A DNA stretch of 54,857 nucleotides, taken from assembly GCA_025935415.1 (NCBI GenBank), contig JAICVI010000001.1, positions 1 through 54,857 of the forward strand, written 5' to 3'. Shown piece after piece: positions 37,116-45,586 of the stretch; position 1 is the first letter of the stretch; every line of letters starts with the position of its first letter. Under the pieces are notes generated by a model. The model did no database searches. It saw nothing but the letters and a program-made list of their open reading frames with translations, and was not told where the DNA came from. The position numbers and the translations under genes were made by a program. This stretch comes from Chloroflexota bacterium. Its GTDB lineage: Bacteria; Chloroflexota; Limnocylindria; Limnocylindrales; CSP1-4.

Positions 37116-37386
37116 GTTGGACCCGCGCCGCAGAGGGCACGGCAGGGTCGTGGGGGAAGATCGGGTTGCTGCAGGTCTGACCGTAGGGTCCGGCCGGCAA
37201 CTGACGGGGAACGGAAAGCGCTCCCGCCGTTGCAGCGCTCTGTCAGGGCCGCCCGTGTTACCGCGATGCGAGGGCCGACGCGTCCGCTCTTGCACTGCCG
37301 ATTCCGCCGTTGGCCGACGCTGTCTGCAGCGCTCCCAACCAGCGAATCACGTGCCCATCGAAGTGCCCAACGTCAAGGAGCTCCAC

Positions 37387-37578
37387 GTGAGCCTGCACAC
37401 CCTCGTCAGCGACGGCCTCGCCAACCGGCTGCAGCCGCGGCGTATCACTGCCGCGGTGGCCCAGCCCCGCGCCACCGACATGGCCGCTCGACTCTCCGGC
37501 GCCTCGATGCGCCTGCTCGAGACGGGCCTGGCTCTCACGGCGATTGCCACGGCGCTGCTCATCGGGCTCGGGCGCTAG
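37387..37578 (+). CDS. Small tail-anchored membrane protein (63 aa)
   Basis: AAGGAG lies 6 nt upstream of the GTG at 37387. Third positions are almost all G/C. The product is MSLHTLVSDGLANRLQPRRITAAVAQPRATDMAARLSGASMRLLETGLALTAIATALLIGLGR. Confidence 0.55.
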   Translation: MSLHTLVSDGLANRLQPRRITAAVAQPRATDMAARLSGASMRLLETGLALTAIATALLIGLGR

Positions 37579-37751
37579 CACGCGCCCGCTCATCCAGCCG
37601 CGCGCCTCGGACTGGGTCGCTCTCGCCTCCCGGCTTCGCCGTGCAGGTCGTCCTGCTGGCAGGCACTGGCGGGCCTTGCTCCCTCGCTGATCCTCAGCGC
37701 ACGGATCGGGGGCTGGGTTGGGGACGTCGGGGGCGTGTGGCCCCGAGTCGG

Positions 37752-40421
37752 CTACTGGGCTGGCGGCGGTGGCGGCGGCGATTCCGTTGGCTTGGGCCCG
37801 CCACCGCCGTGGCCATGGCCGTTGCCGCCACCGCCAGGTCCGGGCCTGTCATCCTTGGGCTTCTGGCACGGTCCGATGAGCGGCCCGCCCCAGGTCCTCG
37901 CGCCGAACCAGTAGGCGATCCGCGAGCCCAGCGGTCCCAGCGTCCCGGCACCACGGCGCGCTCGGCTGACCCAGGCGGCGACGTCGTCGTCCCAGCTCGA
38001 CGGCCCGAGCTCCGCCTTCACCGGGTCGACCATCCAGCCGGCACAGCCCTGCGTGTACAGCAGGCCCGGCTGGTCGATGGCGTCCCGGGCACCGGGCTCG
38101 GTGCCCTTGATGAACCAGTCCCTGACCGTGCCGCGCGTCCACGGCCCGGGCTCGCCACCGGACCACTGGTCCGCGGTGGCCTGGACCACGCCCTTCGGCG
38201 GCTTGAAGTCGGCCACGGGCGTGCCCTTCGTGTAATCGCGCAGGAAGGCGTGCCAGACCTGGCCCGCGGTGGTCAGCGACGTCGCCTGGACGCGCGTCTG
38301 GGGCGCAGAGTGGTCGCTGTTGCCCATCCACACGCCAACGGCGACCGCGGGTGCGTCCGGATCCTTGGGAGGGGCGAGGTAGCCGTAGGTCGAGAAGTCG
38401 CGGCGATTGTCGGCCGTCCCCGTCTTCGCGGCGGCGGGGCGGCGTGATCCATCCGGGCCGGTCCGGATCGCCAGCGTCTTCGACCACCACGCGTTCTGCT
38501 TCGGGTCGGTGTTGCCGGCGAGGATGTCCGTGGTGAGAAAGGCAGCCTGGGGAGAGACCGCGGCGACGCCCTCCGGATCCTTCGGGGCCTGGAAGACGGT
38601 CGAGCCGTCGGGTCCCTTGATCGAGAGGATGAGCCGCGTCGGGACCTTGACCCCGCCATTGCCGATCGCGCCGAACGCGCCCGTCAGGTCGATCGGTCGC
38701 GTCTCGACCGTCCCGATGGCGCCCGCGAGACCCGCTTGCAGGAACGCGTCGTGGCCGCCGAGGAAGTTGATCCCGAGCTTCTCCGCGACGGTCGCGACGG
38801 GCTCGTTGCCGACGCGCTGGAGGGCTCGGATCGCGGGGATGTTCAGGGATTGCTGGACGGCGCCCCGGACGAGGAGCGGCCCCCGTTCGAGCTCGTCGGC
38901 GTCCTTGGGCGACCAGCCGCCACCGAAGTCGGTCGAGATGTCGAGGAGCACGCTTGCCGGCGTCAGGACGCGCTTCTCGAAGGCCGTGGTGTAGACGACC
39001 GCCTTGAACGCCGAACCCGGCTGGCGCGGCGCCGCCGCAGCATCGTGCTGGGGCTGGAACTTGGGGCTCGCGAGATCGTCGCGGTAGTACCCCGCGCTGC
39101 CGACGTACGCGAGCACGTCGCCGTGGCGGTAGTCGATGGCGACGAGGGCGCCGTTGTGGATGTCCTTCCCGCGCAACGCGCGGATCCAGGTCTTGTCGAC
39201 GCGGTTGAAGTCCATCGAGGCGAGGGCCTTGTCGGCCTTGTCGCGCGGGAGGTTCGGAATGATCGCGGCCCCGTAGAGGTAGCGCTCGGCGAGGCGCTGC
39301 GCGTCCCAGTCGAGCGTCGTGATGACCTTGTAGCCGCCGGTCTCGACCGCGTCGATGCCGCCGAGCTGCTGGACCAGGGCGTCACGCACGGCCCAGGAGA
39401 AATGCGGTGCCCGCATCGTGGTCGGCTGCTCGCCGGCGAGCACGACGTCCTCGTCCAGCGCGGCGTCGAGCTCCGCCGGCGTGAGGTGGGTCCAGCGGGA
39501 GGTGGCAAGGCCGCGGAGGATGTAGTCGCGGCGCACGACGGGCGGCGAATCCTTCGGCACGACGAGCTTGCCGTCGGCGTTCCTGGTGGCGTAGCGATAG
39601 GGGTCGTAGACCGACGGAGCCTTCGGGAGGCCGGCGAGGAGCGCCGCCTGCGCGGGCGTCAGGTCGGCGAGATCCTTCACGCCGAAGTAGATGTCCGCGG
39701 CCGCGGCGATGCCGTAGGCCTCGTGGCCGTAGTAGATCTCGTTGAGGTACGCCGTGACGATGCGCTGCTTGCCCTCCTCGCCGGGGAAGGCGGCGGTGAG
39801 GCGGGAGGCCTGCAGGACCTCCAGCACTTTCCGGAGGTAGCGATCGTCGCCGTTGATGACCTCCGGCGGCAGGAGTCGGGCGCGCACGAGCTGTTGCGTG
39901 ATCGTCGACGCCCCGCGCTCGCCGTCGCCATCGCCGGAGGCGTTCTGGACCGCGGCCGCGATGATCGCCGTCGGGTCGTACCCGTCATTCGTCCAGAACG
40001 TCCGGTCCTCGGCGGTCGTGGTGGCGTCGAGAATCAGGTCCGGCACCTGGTCGAAGGCGACGACCCGGCGCTTCTCGCGCTCGAATCGGGCGAGCTCGAC
40101 CGTCCCGGTGCGGTCATAGATGATCGTCGGCTGGCTGAAGGTCAAACTCTCCAGCTGGGCTGGATCCGGCAGCTGACCCGCCAGCGCAGCGACCGCGCCG
40201 CTGGCCGCGAGGAACCCGACGCTCCCGAGCGCGCCCACTCCAAGGATCGCGGCGAGGATGACGGCAAAGAAGATGCGCAGGAGCGGCGGCCGTCGGGGGC
40301 GCGCCCGGATGCCGGCTCGTCGCGCGCCCAGGAGGGCACGTGTCCGAGGCGACAGCCGCACCGGCGTCCGCCCGGGGACTGGCGTGCGGCCCGAAGGCAG
40401 CCTGCGCGCGGAACCTGTCAT
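37752..40421 (-). CDS. Class A penicillin-binding protein (glycosyltransferase GT51 + transpeptidase)
   Basis: GT51 motifs are EDRTFWTNDGYD and GASTITQQLVRARLL. Transpeptidase motifs are SAFK (SxxK), SLN (SxN) and KTGT. The ATG at 40421 is preceded by GAGGGAG. The C-terminus is a Gly/Pro-rich tail. Confidence 0.9.
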   Translation of the reverse strand: MTGSARRLPSGRTPVPGRTPVRLSPRTRALLGARRAGIRARPRRPPLLRIFFAVILAAILGVGALGSVGFLAASGAVAALAGQLPDPAQLESLTFSQPTIIYDRTGTVELARFEREKRRVVAFDQVPDLILDATTTAEDRTFWTNDGYDPTAIIAAAVQNASGDGDGERGASTITQQLVRARLLPPEVINGDDRYLRKVLEVLQASRLTAAFPGEEGKQRIVTAYLNEIYYGHEAYGIAAAADIYFGVKDLADLTPAQAALLAGLPKAPSVYDPYRYATRNADGKLVVPKDSPPVVRRDYILRGLATSRWTHLTPAELDAALDEDVVLAGEQPTTMRAPHFSWAVRDALVQQLGGIDAVETGGYKVITTLDWDAQRLAERYLYGAAIIPNLPRDKADKALASMDFNRVDKTWIRALRGKDIHNGALVAIDYRHGDVLAYVGSAGYYRDDLASPKFQPQHDAAAAPRQPGSAFKAVVYTTAFEKRVLTPASVLLDISTDFGGGWSPKDADELERGPLLVRGAVQQSLNIPAIRALQRVGNEPVATVAEKLGINFLGGHDAFLQAGLAGAIGTVETRPIDLTGAFGAIGNGGVKVPTRLILSIKGPDGSTVFQAPKDPEGVAAVSPQAAFLTTDILAGNTDPKQNAWWSKTLAIRTGPDGSRRPAAAKTGTADNRRDFSTYGYLAPPKDPDAPAVAVGVWMGNSDHSAPQTRVQATSLTTAGQVWHAFLRDYTKGTPVADFKPPKGVVQATADQWSGGEPGPWTRGTVRDWFIKGTEPGARDAIDQPGLLYTQGCAGWMVDPVKAELGPSSWDDDVAAWVSRARRGAGTLGPLGSRIAYWFGARTWGGPLIGPCQKPKDDRPGPGGGGNGHGHGGGGPKPTESPPPPPPAQ

Positions 40422-40455
40422 CGCTCCCTCTTCGACGGTTGTCGCTGGGCCGCTG

Positions 40456-40662
40456 TCAGCGAGCGATCCGGCCCGACTGCACCATCGAATGGAGGAACCG
40501 GAGATGCTCGATCTCTCGAACGGACCAGCCACTCCTGGCTGGCTTCAGGCCATGGGCCAGGGCCACGAGGTTGCCCGCCTCGCGCTCTGTCCAGCCGCCG
40601 GCCTCGAGGTGCCAGACCATCGATCTCGCCGGCGCGTTGACGGTGCTCGTGCTGCTGGACAT
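40456..40662 (-). CDS. Hypothetical small protein (68 aa)
   Basis: The ATG at 40662 gives MSSSTSTVNAPARSMVWHLEAGGWTEREAGNLVALAHGLKPARSGWSVREIEHLRFLHSMVQSGRIAR. It lies immediately upstream of the PBP gene on the same strand. Confidence 0.5.
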   Translation of the reverse strand: MSSSTSTVNAPARSMVWHLEAGGWTEREAGNLVALAHGLKPARSGWSVREIEHLRFLHSMVQSGRIAR

Positions 40663-40856
40663 CTGCCTTGGCTCCAGGTTGCTCCCCCGACGGGGATGTA
40701 CCTCGCAGCGTCGCTGGCCGGGCCGCGCAGGCGCGCAACTCGGCGGACCGCGGCCCTTGCAGTCCGGTGTCACGGCGGCGGCGGTCGAGAGCGTCCGATG
40801 CGTCCACGCACCGACCTCGGGCGCGCGTCAGGACAGCCTGCGCCCGGCGGGGCATC

Positions 40857-43202
40857 ATGGAAACGGTGGCACAGCCCCTCGTCGATCGCGCCGTCGCCGC
40901 GACGACCACGCCCGTCTCCGCTCGCCCCGTCGAGCTTCCGGCACCCCACCCTGTCATCGTCCCGGCAACGGACCTCGGCGGGGTCGGCGTGCTCAAGCAC
41001 GGCAACCTCTACCTGCTCTCCGATCCGTTCGGCGACATCCACGCTGATTCGCGCGGCCTCGGGCTGTACGACCTCGACACGCGGGTCCTGTCGTGCGCGG
41101 TCCTGCGGATCAACGGCGTCCGCCCGACGCTCCTGCGGACGCAGGCCGCTGCCAACCACATCGCGACGATCCAGCTGACCAATCCGGAGGTTCGGCGCGA
41201 CCCGGCGATCAAGAACGAGATCGGCGCGGCGGTCGCCTCGCGCGCGATCTCGATCATGCGCCGGCGCTGGATCGCCGGCGGGCTGGCGGAGCGGATCGAG
41301 GTCACGAACTACAGCGCCATGGCCCAGCAGGTCGAGCTGGACCTCGACCTCGATGCCGACGCAGCCGACATCTTCGAGGTCCGCGGTCGCATCCGACAGC
41401 AGCGCGGCACGTACCGCCCGATCGAGGCCACGCCCGAATCGGTGACGTTCGCCTACGAAGGCCTCGACGGCATGGTCCGCACCACGCTCATCACGATGAG
41501 CCCCGGGAGCGTCACGGCCAACACGGAGGACGGCGCCACGACACACGAAGGGGCCGTGCGAATCCGCTGGGTCCTCGACATCGAGCCAGGCGCCCGCGAG
41601 GGCATCACCTGGGAGGTCGCAACGGAGCTGACCCAGGGTGCGCACCCGCGTGCCACGGAGTCCGTTCCGACGAAGCTCGCGCAGACCGCGACGGCTGGGG
41701 CCGGCACCGGCCGCCCGCTCGATGGGACGTCCGTCGTCGCGCCGCCGTCGGAGGCCGAGGCGGAGTACGGCGCCTGGCAGGAACGCTGTGCCCGCATCCG
41801 GTCCGACGGCGAGCTGCTGGACCTCGCAGTCCGCCGGAGCGTCGCGGACCTCCGGCTCCTCCGCAACGACGGTCCGCGCCGGGGCGAGCACTACGTCGCG
41901 GCCGGCGTTCCGTGGTTCACCACGCTCTTCGGGCGCGACAGCATCATCACGGCGCTCGAGGCGCTGCCGTTCATGCCGGACGTCGCTCGCGAGACGCTGC
42001 ACGTGCTCGCGGACTGGCAGGCGACCGAGGACGATCCGGATCGGGACATGGAGCCCGGGAAGATCCTCCACGAGCTTCGCATCGGGGAGCTGGCGCGCAC
42101 GGGCGAGCTGCCGCACCGGCCGTACTACGGCTCGATCGATTCGACCCCGCTGTGGCTCATCCTGCTCGACGAGACGTACCGCTGGACCGGGGATCTCGAT
42201 CTCGTGCGCGAGCTCTGGCCGAACGCCATCGCCGCCCTCGAATGGATCGATCGCTACGGGGACCGCGACGGCGACGGCTTCGTGGAGTACGAGCGCCGGA
42301 CGCCGCAGGGCCTCCTGAACCAGGGCTGGAAGGACTCGGGCGATGCCATCCGCCACCGCGACGGCACGACCGCCGACCCGCCCATCGCGCTGGTGGAGAT
42401 CCAGGGCTACGTCTATGACGCCAAGCGCCGGATGGCCTCGCTCGCCGAGCGACTCGGCGACCGGCAGCTCTCGAAGCACCTCCTCGTCGAGGCCGCGGAG
42501 CTCGCCGAGCGCTTCAACGCGGCGTTCTGGATGGAGGATGTCCAGTTCTACGCGATGGCCCTCGACCGCGACAAGCACCAGGTCGGGAGCATCGGATCGA
42601 ATCCCGGCCACTGCCTCTGGAGCGGGATCGTGCCGCCAGAGCGGGTGGATGCGGTCGTCGACCGCCTGCTCGACCCCTCGATGGACTGCGGCTGGGGCAT
42701 CCGGACCTACGCCTCCGGGCAGCCCGGCTACAACCCAGTCGGCTATCACACGGGCTCGGTCTGGCCCCACGACAACGCGCTGATCGCTGCCGGGATGAAA
42801 CGGGCCGGCCGCCATGATGCCGCCGATCGGGTGGCGTCGCGGATCTTCGAGGCGGCCCAGCACTCGCCCGACTTCCGCCTGCCGGAGCTTTTCTGCGGCT
42901 TCGACCGGGGTCTCGCCGACGTGCCCGTTCCCTACCCGGTGGCGTGCTCGCCGCAGGCCTGGGCGGCCGCGACCTCCCTTTCCCTGCTGCAGACGATGCT
43001 CGGGATGCACGCAGATGCGGCGAAGAACATCCTGGAGCTCGATCGTCCCCATCTGCCCGCCTGGCTCGGCAAGGTGACCGTCCACGAGCTGCGCGTCGGC
43101 GAGCGCACCGTCGACCTCCTGTTCCACCGCTGGCGCGGCAACACCACCTCCGCCGAGGTCCTGCGGCGCGACGGCCCCCTGGAGCTCGTGATCCGGGTCT
43201 GA
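40857..43202 (+). CDS. Amylo-alpha-1,6-glucosidase / glycogen debranching enzyme family protein
   Basis: Matches are HGNLYLLSDPFGD, VAAGVPWFTTLFGRDSIITALE, KILHELRIGELA, YYGSIDSTPLWLILLDETY and WKDSGDAI. The start was taken at ATG 40857 (METVAQ). Confidence 0.85.
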   Translation: METVAQPLVDRAVAATTTPVSARPVELPAPHPVIVPATDLGGVGVLKHGNLYLLSDPFGDIHADSRGLGLYDLDTRVLSCAVLRINGVRPTLLRTQAAANHIATIQLTNPEVRRDPAIKNEIGAAVASRAISIMRRRWIAGGLAERIEVTNYSAMAQQVELDLDLDADAADIFEVRGRIRQQRGTYRPIEATPESVTFAYEGLDGMVRTTLITMSPGSVTANTEDGATTHEGAVRIRWVLDIEPGAREGITWEVATELTQGAHPRATESVPTKLAQTATAGAGTGRPLDGTSVVAPPSEAEAEYGAWQERCARIRSDGELLDLAVRRSVADLRLLRNDGPRRGEHYVAAGVPWFTTLFGRDSIITALEALPFMPDVARETLHVLADWQATEDDPDRDMEPGKILHELRIGELARTGELPHRPYYGSIDSTPLWLILLDETYRWTGDLDLVRELWPNAIAALEWIDRYGDRDGDGFVEYERRTPQGLLNQGWKDSGDAIRHRDGTTADPPIALVEIQGYVYDAKRRMASLAERLGDRQLSKHLLVEAAELAERFNAAFWMEDVQFYAMALDRDKHQVGSIGSNPGHCLWSGIVPPERVDAVVDRLLDPSMDCGWGIRTYASGQPGYNPVGYHTGSVWPHDNALIAAGMKRAGRHDAADRVASRIFEAAQHSPDFRLPELFCGFDRGLADVPVPYPVACSPQAWAAATSLSLLQTMLGMHADAAKNILELDRPHLPAWLGKVTVHELRVGERTVDLLFHRWRGNTTSAEVLRRDGPLELVIRV

Positions 43203-43352
43203 GCTCGACCACGGGAGTTTCCGCCGGCTCGTGCTTTCAGGCGATTGCAACGGGTCAGGCACGTGGCGTTGTCGAAGACTGCCCCCCACCCGGCCACAGT
43301 GGCGCTGAGCCCTCCGGGGCGACCACCAGAACGCAAGGGATGGAGGTTCTTC

Positions 43353-43634
43353 ATGAGCATCATTGCCTGGATCGTGCTCGGCGCGATCGCCGGCTACCTC
43401 GCCGGCTTCCTCGTCCGCGGTGACGAGGGCATGGGTGTCATCGGACACATCGTGCTCGGCATCGTCGGCGCGCTCGTCGGCGGCTTCCTCGCCGGCGTGC
43501 TGTTCCACACGGACCCGATCGACGGGCCGCTCGACATCAGCTCGATCGTGACGGCCGTTATCGGCGCCGTGATCGTCGTCGTGGCATGGAACGCACTCAC
43601 CGGGCGCACGAGGACCGGTCGCGGCATGGTCTAG
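43353..43634 (+). CDS. GlsB/YeaQ/YmgE-family stress membrane protein (transglycosylase-associated)
   Basis: The product is MSIIAWIVLGAIAGYLAGFLV...GVIGHIVLGIVGALVGGFLAG...AVIGAVIVVVAWN. The RBS is GGATGGAGG. Confidence 0.8.
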   Translation: MSIIAWIVLGAIAGYLAGFLVRGDEGMGVIGHIVLGIVGALVGGFLAGVLFHTDPIDGPLDISSIVTAVIGAVIVVVAWNALTGRTRTGRGMV

Positions 43635-43676
43635 CGCCCCCGGCCGGCACATCGACCGGCCTGCCCAACGCTACTG

Positions 43677-43706
43677 GCGACGCCCACCGAGACCGGTGGG
43701 CGTCGC
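43677..43706 (+). terminator. Hairpin terminator after the GlsB-family gene
   Basis: GCGACGCCCACCG-AGAC-CGGTGGGCGTCGC is a perfect 13-bp stem with a 4-nt loop. It is followed by UACUUCC, a weak U tract. Confidence 0.55.
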
Positions 43707-43761
43707 TACTTCCGGGGGTTTCCGGGTCACGGACCCGGCTCCCGATCGAAAGGAGCCACAC

Positions 43762-44313
43762 GTGTCCCGCATCATCGAGCAGATCGAGGTCGACGTCCCC
43801 GTCCGGACCTCCTACGACCAGTGGACCCAGTTCGAGTCCTTCCCCAAGTTCATGGATGGCATCGAGCGCGTGGTCCAGCTGGATGACAAGACCCTCGAGT
43901 GGACCGCGAGCATCGCGGGGAAGACCAAGCACTGGCGCGCCGAGATCCTGGAGCAGCGGCCCGACCAGATCCTGTCGTGGCGCAGCACCGAGGGCGCCCA
44001 GAACGACGGCCAGGTGCGGTTCGAGCCCCTGGGACCCGATCGCTCGCGCGTGACCCTGCAGCTCGACGTCGAGCCGGAAGGGCTCGTCGAGAAGGCCGGT
44101 GACGCGCTCGGCATCGTCGAGCGCCGCGTCAAGGGCGACCTGGAGCGGTTCCGCGACTTCATCGAGGCTCGCGGGCAGGCCACCGGGGCCTGGCGCGGCA
44201 ATGTCGAGGGCGGCGTCGTCGAGGACGACGATGACGGCGGATCGAACGGCAAGGACGCGAGCGCGAGCGACCTCACCGGCACCGGCGCCGGAAGCCCCGG
44301 CATGCGCCAGTGA
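43762..44313 (+). CDS. SRPBCC-family (cyclase/dehydrase-like) protein
   Basis: The RBS AAAGGAG precedes the GTG at 43762. The product begins SRIIEQIEVDVPVRTSYDQWTQFESFPKFMDGIERVVQLDDKTLEWTASIAGKTKHWRAEILEQRPDQILSWRS. Confidence 0.8.
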   Translation: MSRIIEQIEVDVPVRTSYDQWTQFESFPKFMDGIERVVQLDDKTLEWTASIAGKTKHWRAEILEQRPDQILSWRSTEGAQNDGQVRFEPLGPDRSRVTLQLDVEPEGLVEKAGDALGIVERRVKGDLERFRDFIEARGQATGAWRGNVEGGVVEDDDDGGSNGKDASASDLTGTGAGSPGMRQ

Positions 44314-44723
44314 CCGAGGTCTACGTCGATGTCGGCGCGGCGTCCATCGAGGCCGCCGCGCCGGAGGGCGGCGCCCCGCCGGTCGATCCCGAGGCCGTGC
44401 GCGCGCTCCGGCACCTCTCCGAGGCGGGGTTCCGCGTGTACGTGATCACGGCCGGCGGCCCGGAGCCGGCCGCGATGCTGCGAGCCGTCGCGACCGCGGT
44501 CCTCGACGCCGTGCCGGCTCGGCCGGCCGATGACGACCAGGCCTGGTACCTCACCAGCGACATCGACCGCTGCCGGGGCTCGTCGGCCTACCTGCGCACC
44601 GTGCTGATCGGCGGCACGCCGCCCGGAGGGTCGGTTCGGCGGTGCGACGCGGTGGCCCGGCATGTCCAGGCGGCCGCGATGGAGATCCTGGCCGCGGAGG
44701 CCATGCCGGCGCACGCCGACTAG
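44310..44723 (+). CDS. Hypothetical protein (possible degenerate HAD-like fold)
   Basis: The GTG start overlaps the upstream stop (GTGA). The 137-aa product has no DxD nucleophile motif, so no enzymatic call is made. Confidence 0.45.
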   Translation: MTEVYVDVGAASIEAAAPEGGAPPVDPEAVRALRHLSEAGFRVYVITAGGPEPAAMLRAVATAVLDAVPARPADDDQAWYLTSDIDRCRGSSAYLRTVLIGGTPPGGSVRRCDAVARHVQAAAMEILAAEAMPAHAD

Positions 44724-44801
44724 CGATTCCGCAGGTTCGCGGAGGGCAGGCGAGCCTCCGGGTGCGGGCCGGCACCGGATGGCGCTGCGTGGCCGTTCGG
44801 C

Positions 44802-44825
44802 TGTGATGTCGCTGCAATGTTGGCC
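44802..44825 (+). repeat. Two 11-nt phased units TGTGATGTCGC / TGCAATGTTGG containing the box CTGCAATGTTGGCC
   Basis: This is read directly from the sequence. The 14-mer at 44812-44825 matches 51036-51049 (CTGCAATGTCGGCC) at 13 of 14 positions. Confidence 0.55.
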
Positions 44826-44989
44826 GACGGCGCTGCTTGCGTTCGCGTGACCCCGGCGAAGCCACGATCGCAACGACGCGGCGATCCCTCGTCGCCACGT
44901 TCCCTCCCTTTGGGACCGGCCTGCCCGGCCGGCTCCCGCCCTCCTCCGACCGTCCGGCCCCCCGGACGGTCGCGTCCGCGAACAGGGTG

Positions 44990-45040
44990 GAACGAACGCC
45001 TCCGGGCGAACGAACGCCTCCGGCGGACCGGAGGCGTTCG
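44990..45040. repeat. Tandem 16-nt repeat plus an inverted copy (hairpin with two alternative 5' arms)
   Basis: GAACGAACGCCTCCGG occurs at 44990-45005 and again at 45008-45023, followed by CGGA and CCGGAGGCGTTCG (45028-45040). The proximal copy gives a 13-bp stem with a 4-nt loop. Confidence 0.7.
45011..45040 (-). terminator. Probable terminator hairpin of the 45078-45443 gene
   Basis: A perfect 13-bp GC-rich stem, CGAACGCCTCCGG/CCGGAGGCGTTCG, lies about 40 nt downstream of the minus-strand stop at 45078. Only a short UUCG follows it on the minus strand. Confidence 0.45.
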
Positions 45041-45077
45041 TGTGCAGCAGCGTTGGTCGGCGGATGAGCCGCCGGGA

Positions 45078-45443
45078 TCAGCTCGCGGTGGCTGCCCGTG
45101 TCGTGCTGGAGCGCTTGCGGCGATCCTGGAGCACCAGGCCCATCGCGGCCACGGGGGCGAGCGCCGCGAGGATCAGCAGACGCGGCGCGCCGCCGAGCAG
45201 CATGCCGATCGCGAGCCCGAGCGAGAGCGTGACGCCCGCCGAGACGCGCTCGTCGGAGCCGGTCTCGATGGCCCTGAACATGTCATCAACGGCGGCCCGC
45301 GATGCGCGAGCGACGTCGGGGACCGATCGGCTCACGTTCTCGAGCGCGCCCCGGACCTCGGCGACGGCCGCCGAGACGCTGTCGCGCTCCGAGGCGCTGC
45401 CGTTGGTCCGGGCCCTGGTCGTGGTGCTGGTTTCGCTGGTCAT
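45078..45443 (-). CDS. Hypothetical membrane-anchored protein (121 aa)
   Basis: The RBS AGGAGG lies 9 nt upstream of the ATG at 45443. A helical N-terminus is followed by a TM region (VTLSLGLAIGMLLGGAPRLLILAALAPVAAMGLVL). The architecture is YqjD/ElaB (DUF883)-like. The family was not verified. Confidence 0.55.
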   Translation of the reverse strand: MTSETSTTTRARTNGSASERDSVSAAVAEVRGALENVSRSVPDVARASRAAVDDMFRAIETGSDERVSAGVTLSLGLAIGMLLGGAPRLLILAALAPVAAMGLVLQDRRKRSSTTRAATAS

Positions 45444-45586
45444 GCGGGGTACCTCCTGGGTGATGCGGCGTGGCCGCTGTGATCGGGTTGCAACTCAACA
45501 GGCCACTCGCACGAGGCGTCGAGCAGCCGTCTGTGACTAGGTTCGAGTCGAGCGCGGCGCCTGCCGTGCACGAAGGAGGACGAGAC

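Noticed and set aside
37116-37386. A possible riboswitch in the leader of the 63-aa ORF. Fragments resemble ZTP (GGGTCGTG) and SAM-I/IV (CCGGCAAC) consensus pieces.
   Set aside because: Only short fragments match. The remaining conserved elements (the ZTP pseudoknot CCGCCUGGGC, the SAM junction sequences) are absent, and the downstream gene does not fit either regulon. It needs a covariance-model scan before any call.
40770-43652. A 960-aa minus-strand ORF opposite the glycogen-debranching-type gene and the GlsB gene.
   Set aside because: The reasoning is the same: it is an antisense open frame with biased R/P/G/A/D composition, and the + frame has clear family motifs.
45429-45452. A sigma-B/sigma-F-like promoter (GGTTTC ... 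GGGTAC) on the + strand, about 135 nt upstream of the CsbD-like gene.
   Set aside because: The spacer between the two elements is only about 11-13 nt, shorter than I recall for these consensus promoters. The elements also lie inside the coding start of the divergent gene. I kept it as a note only.
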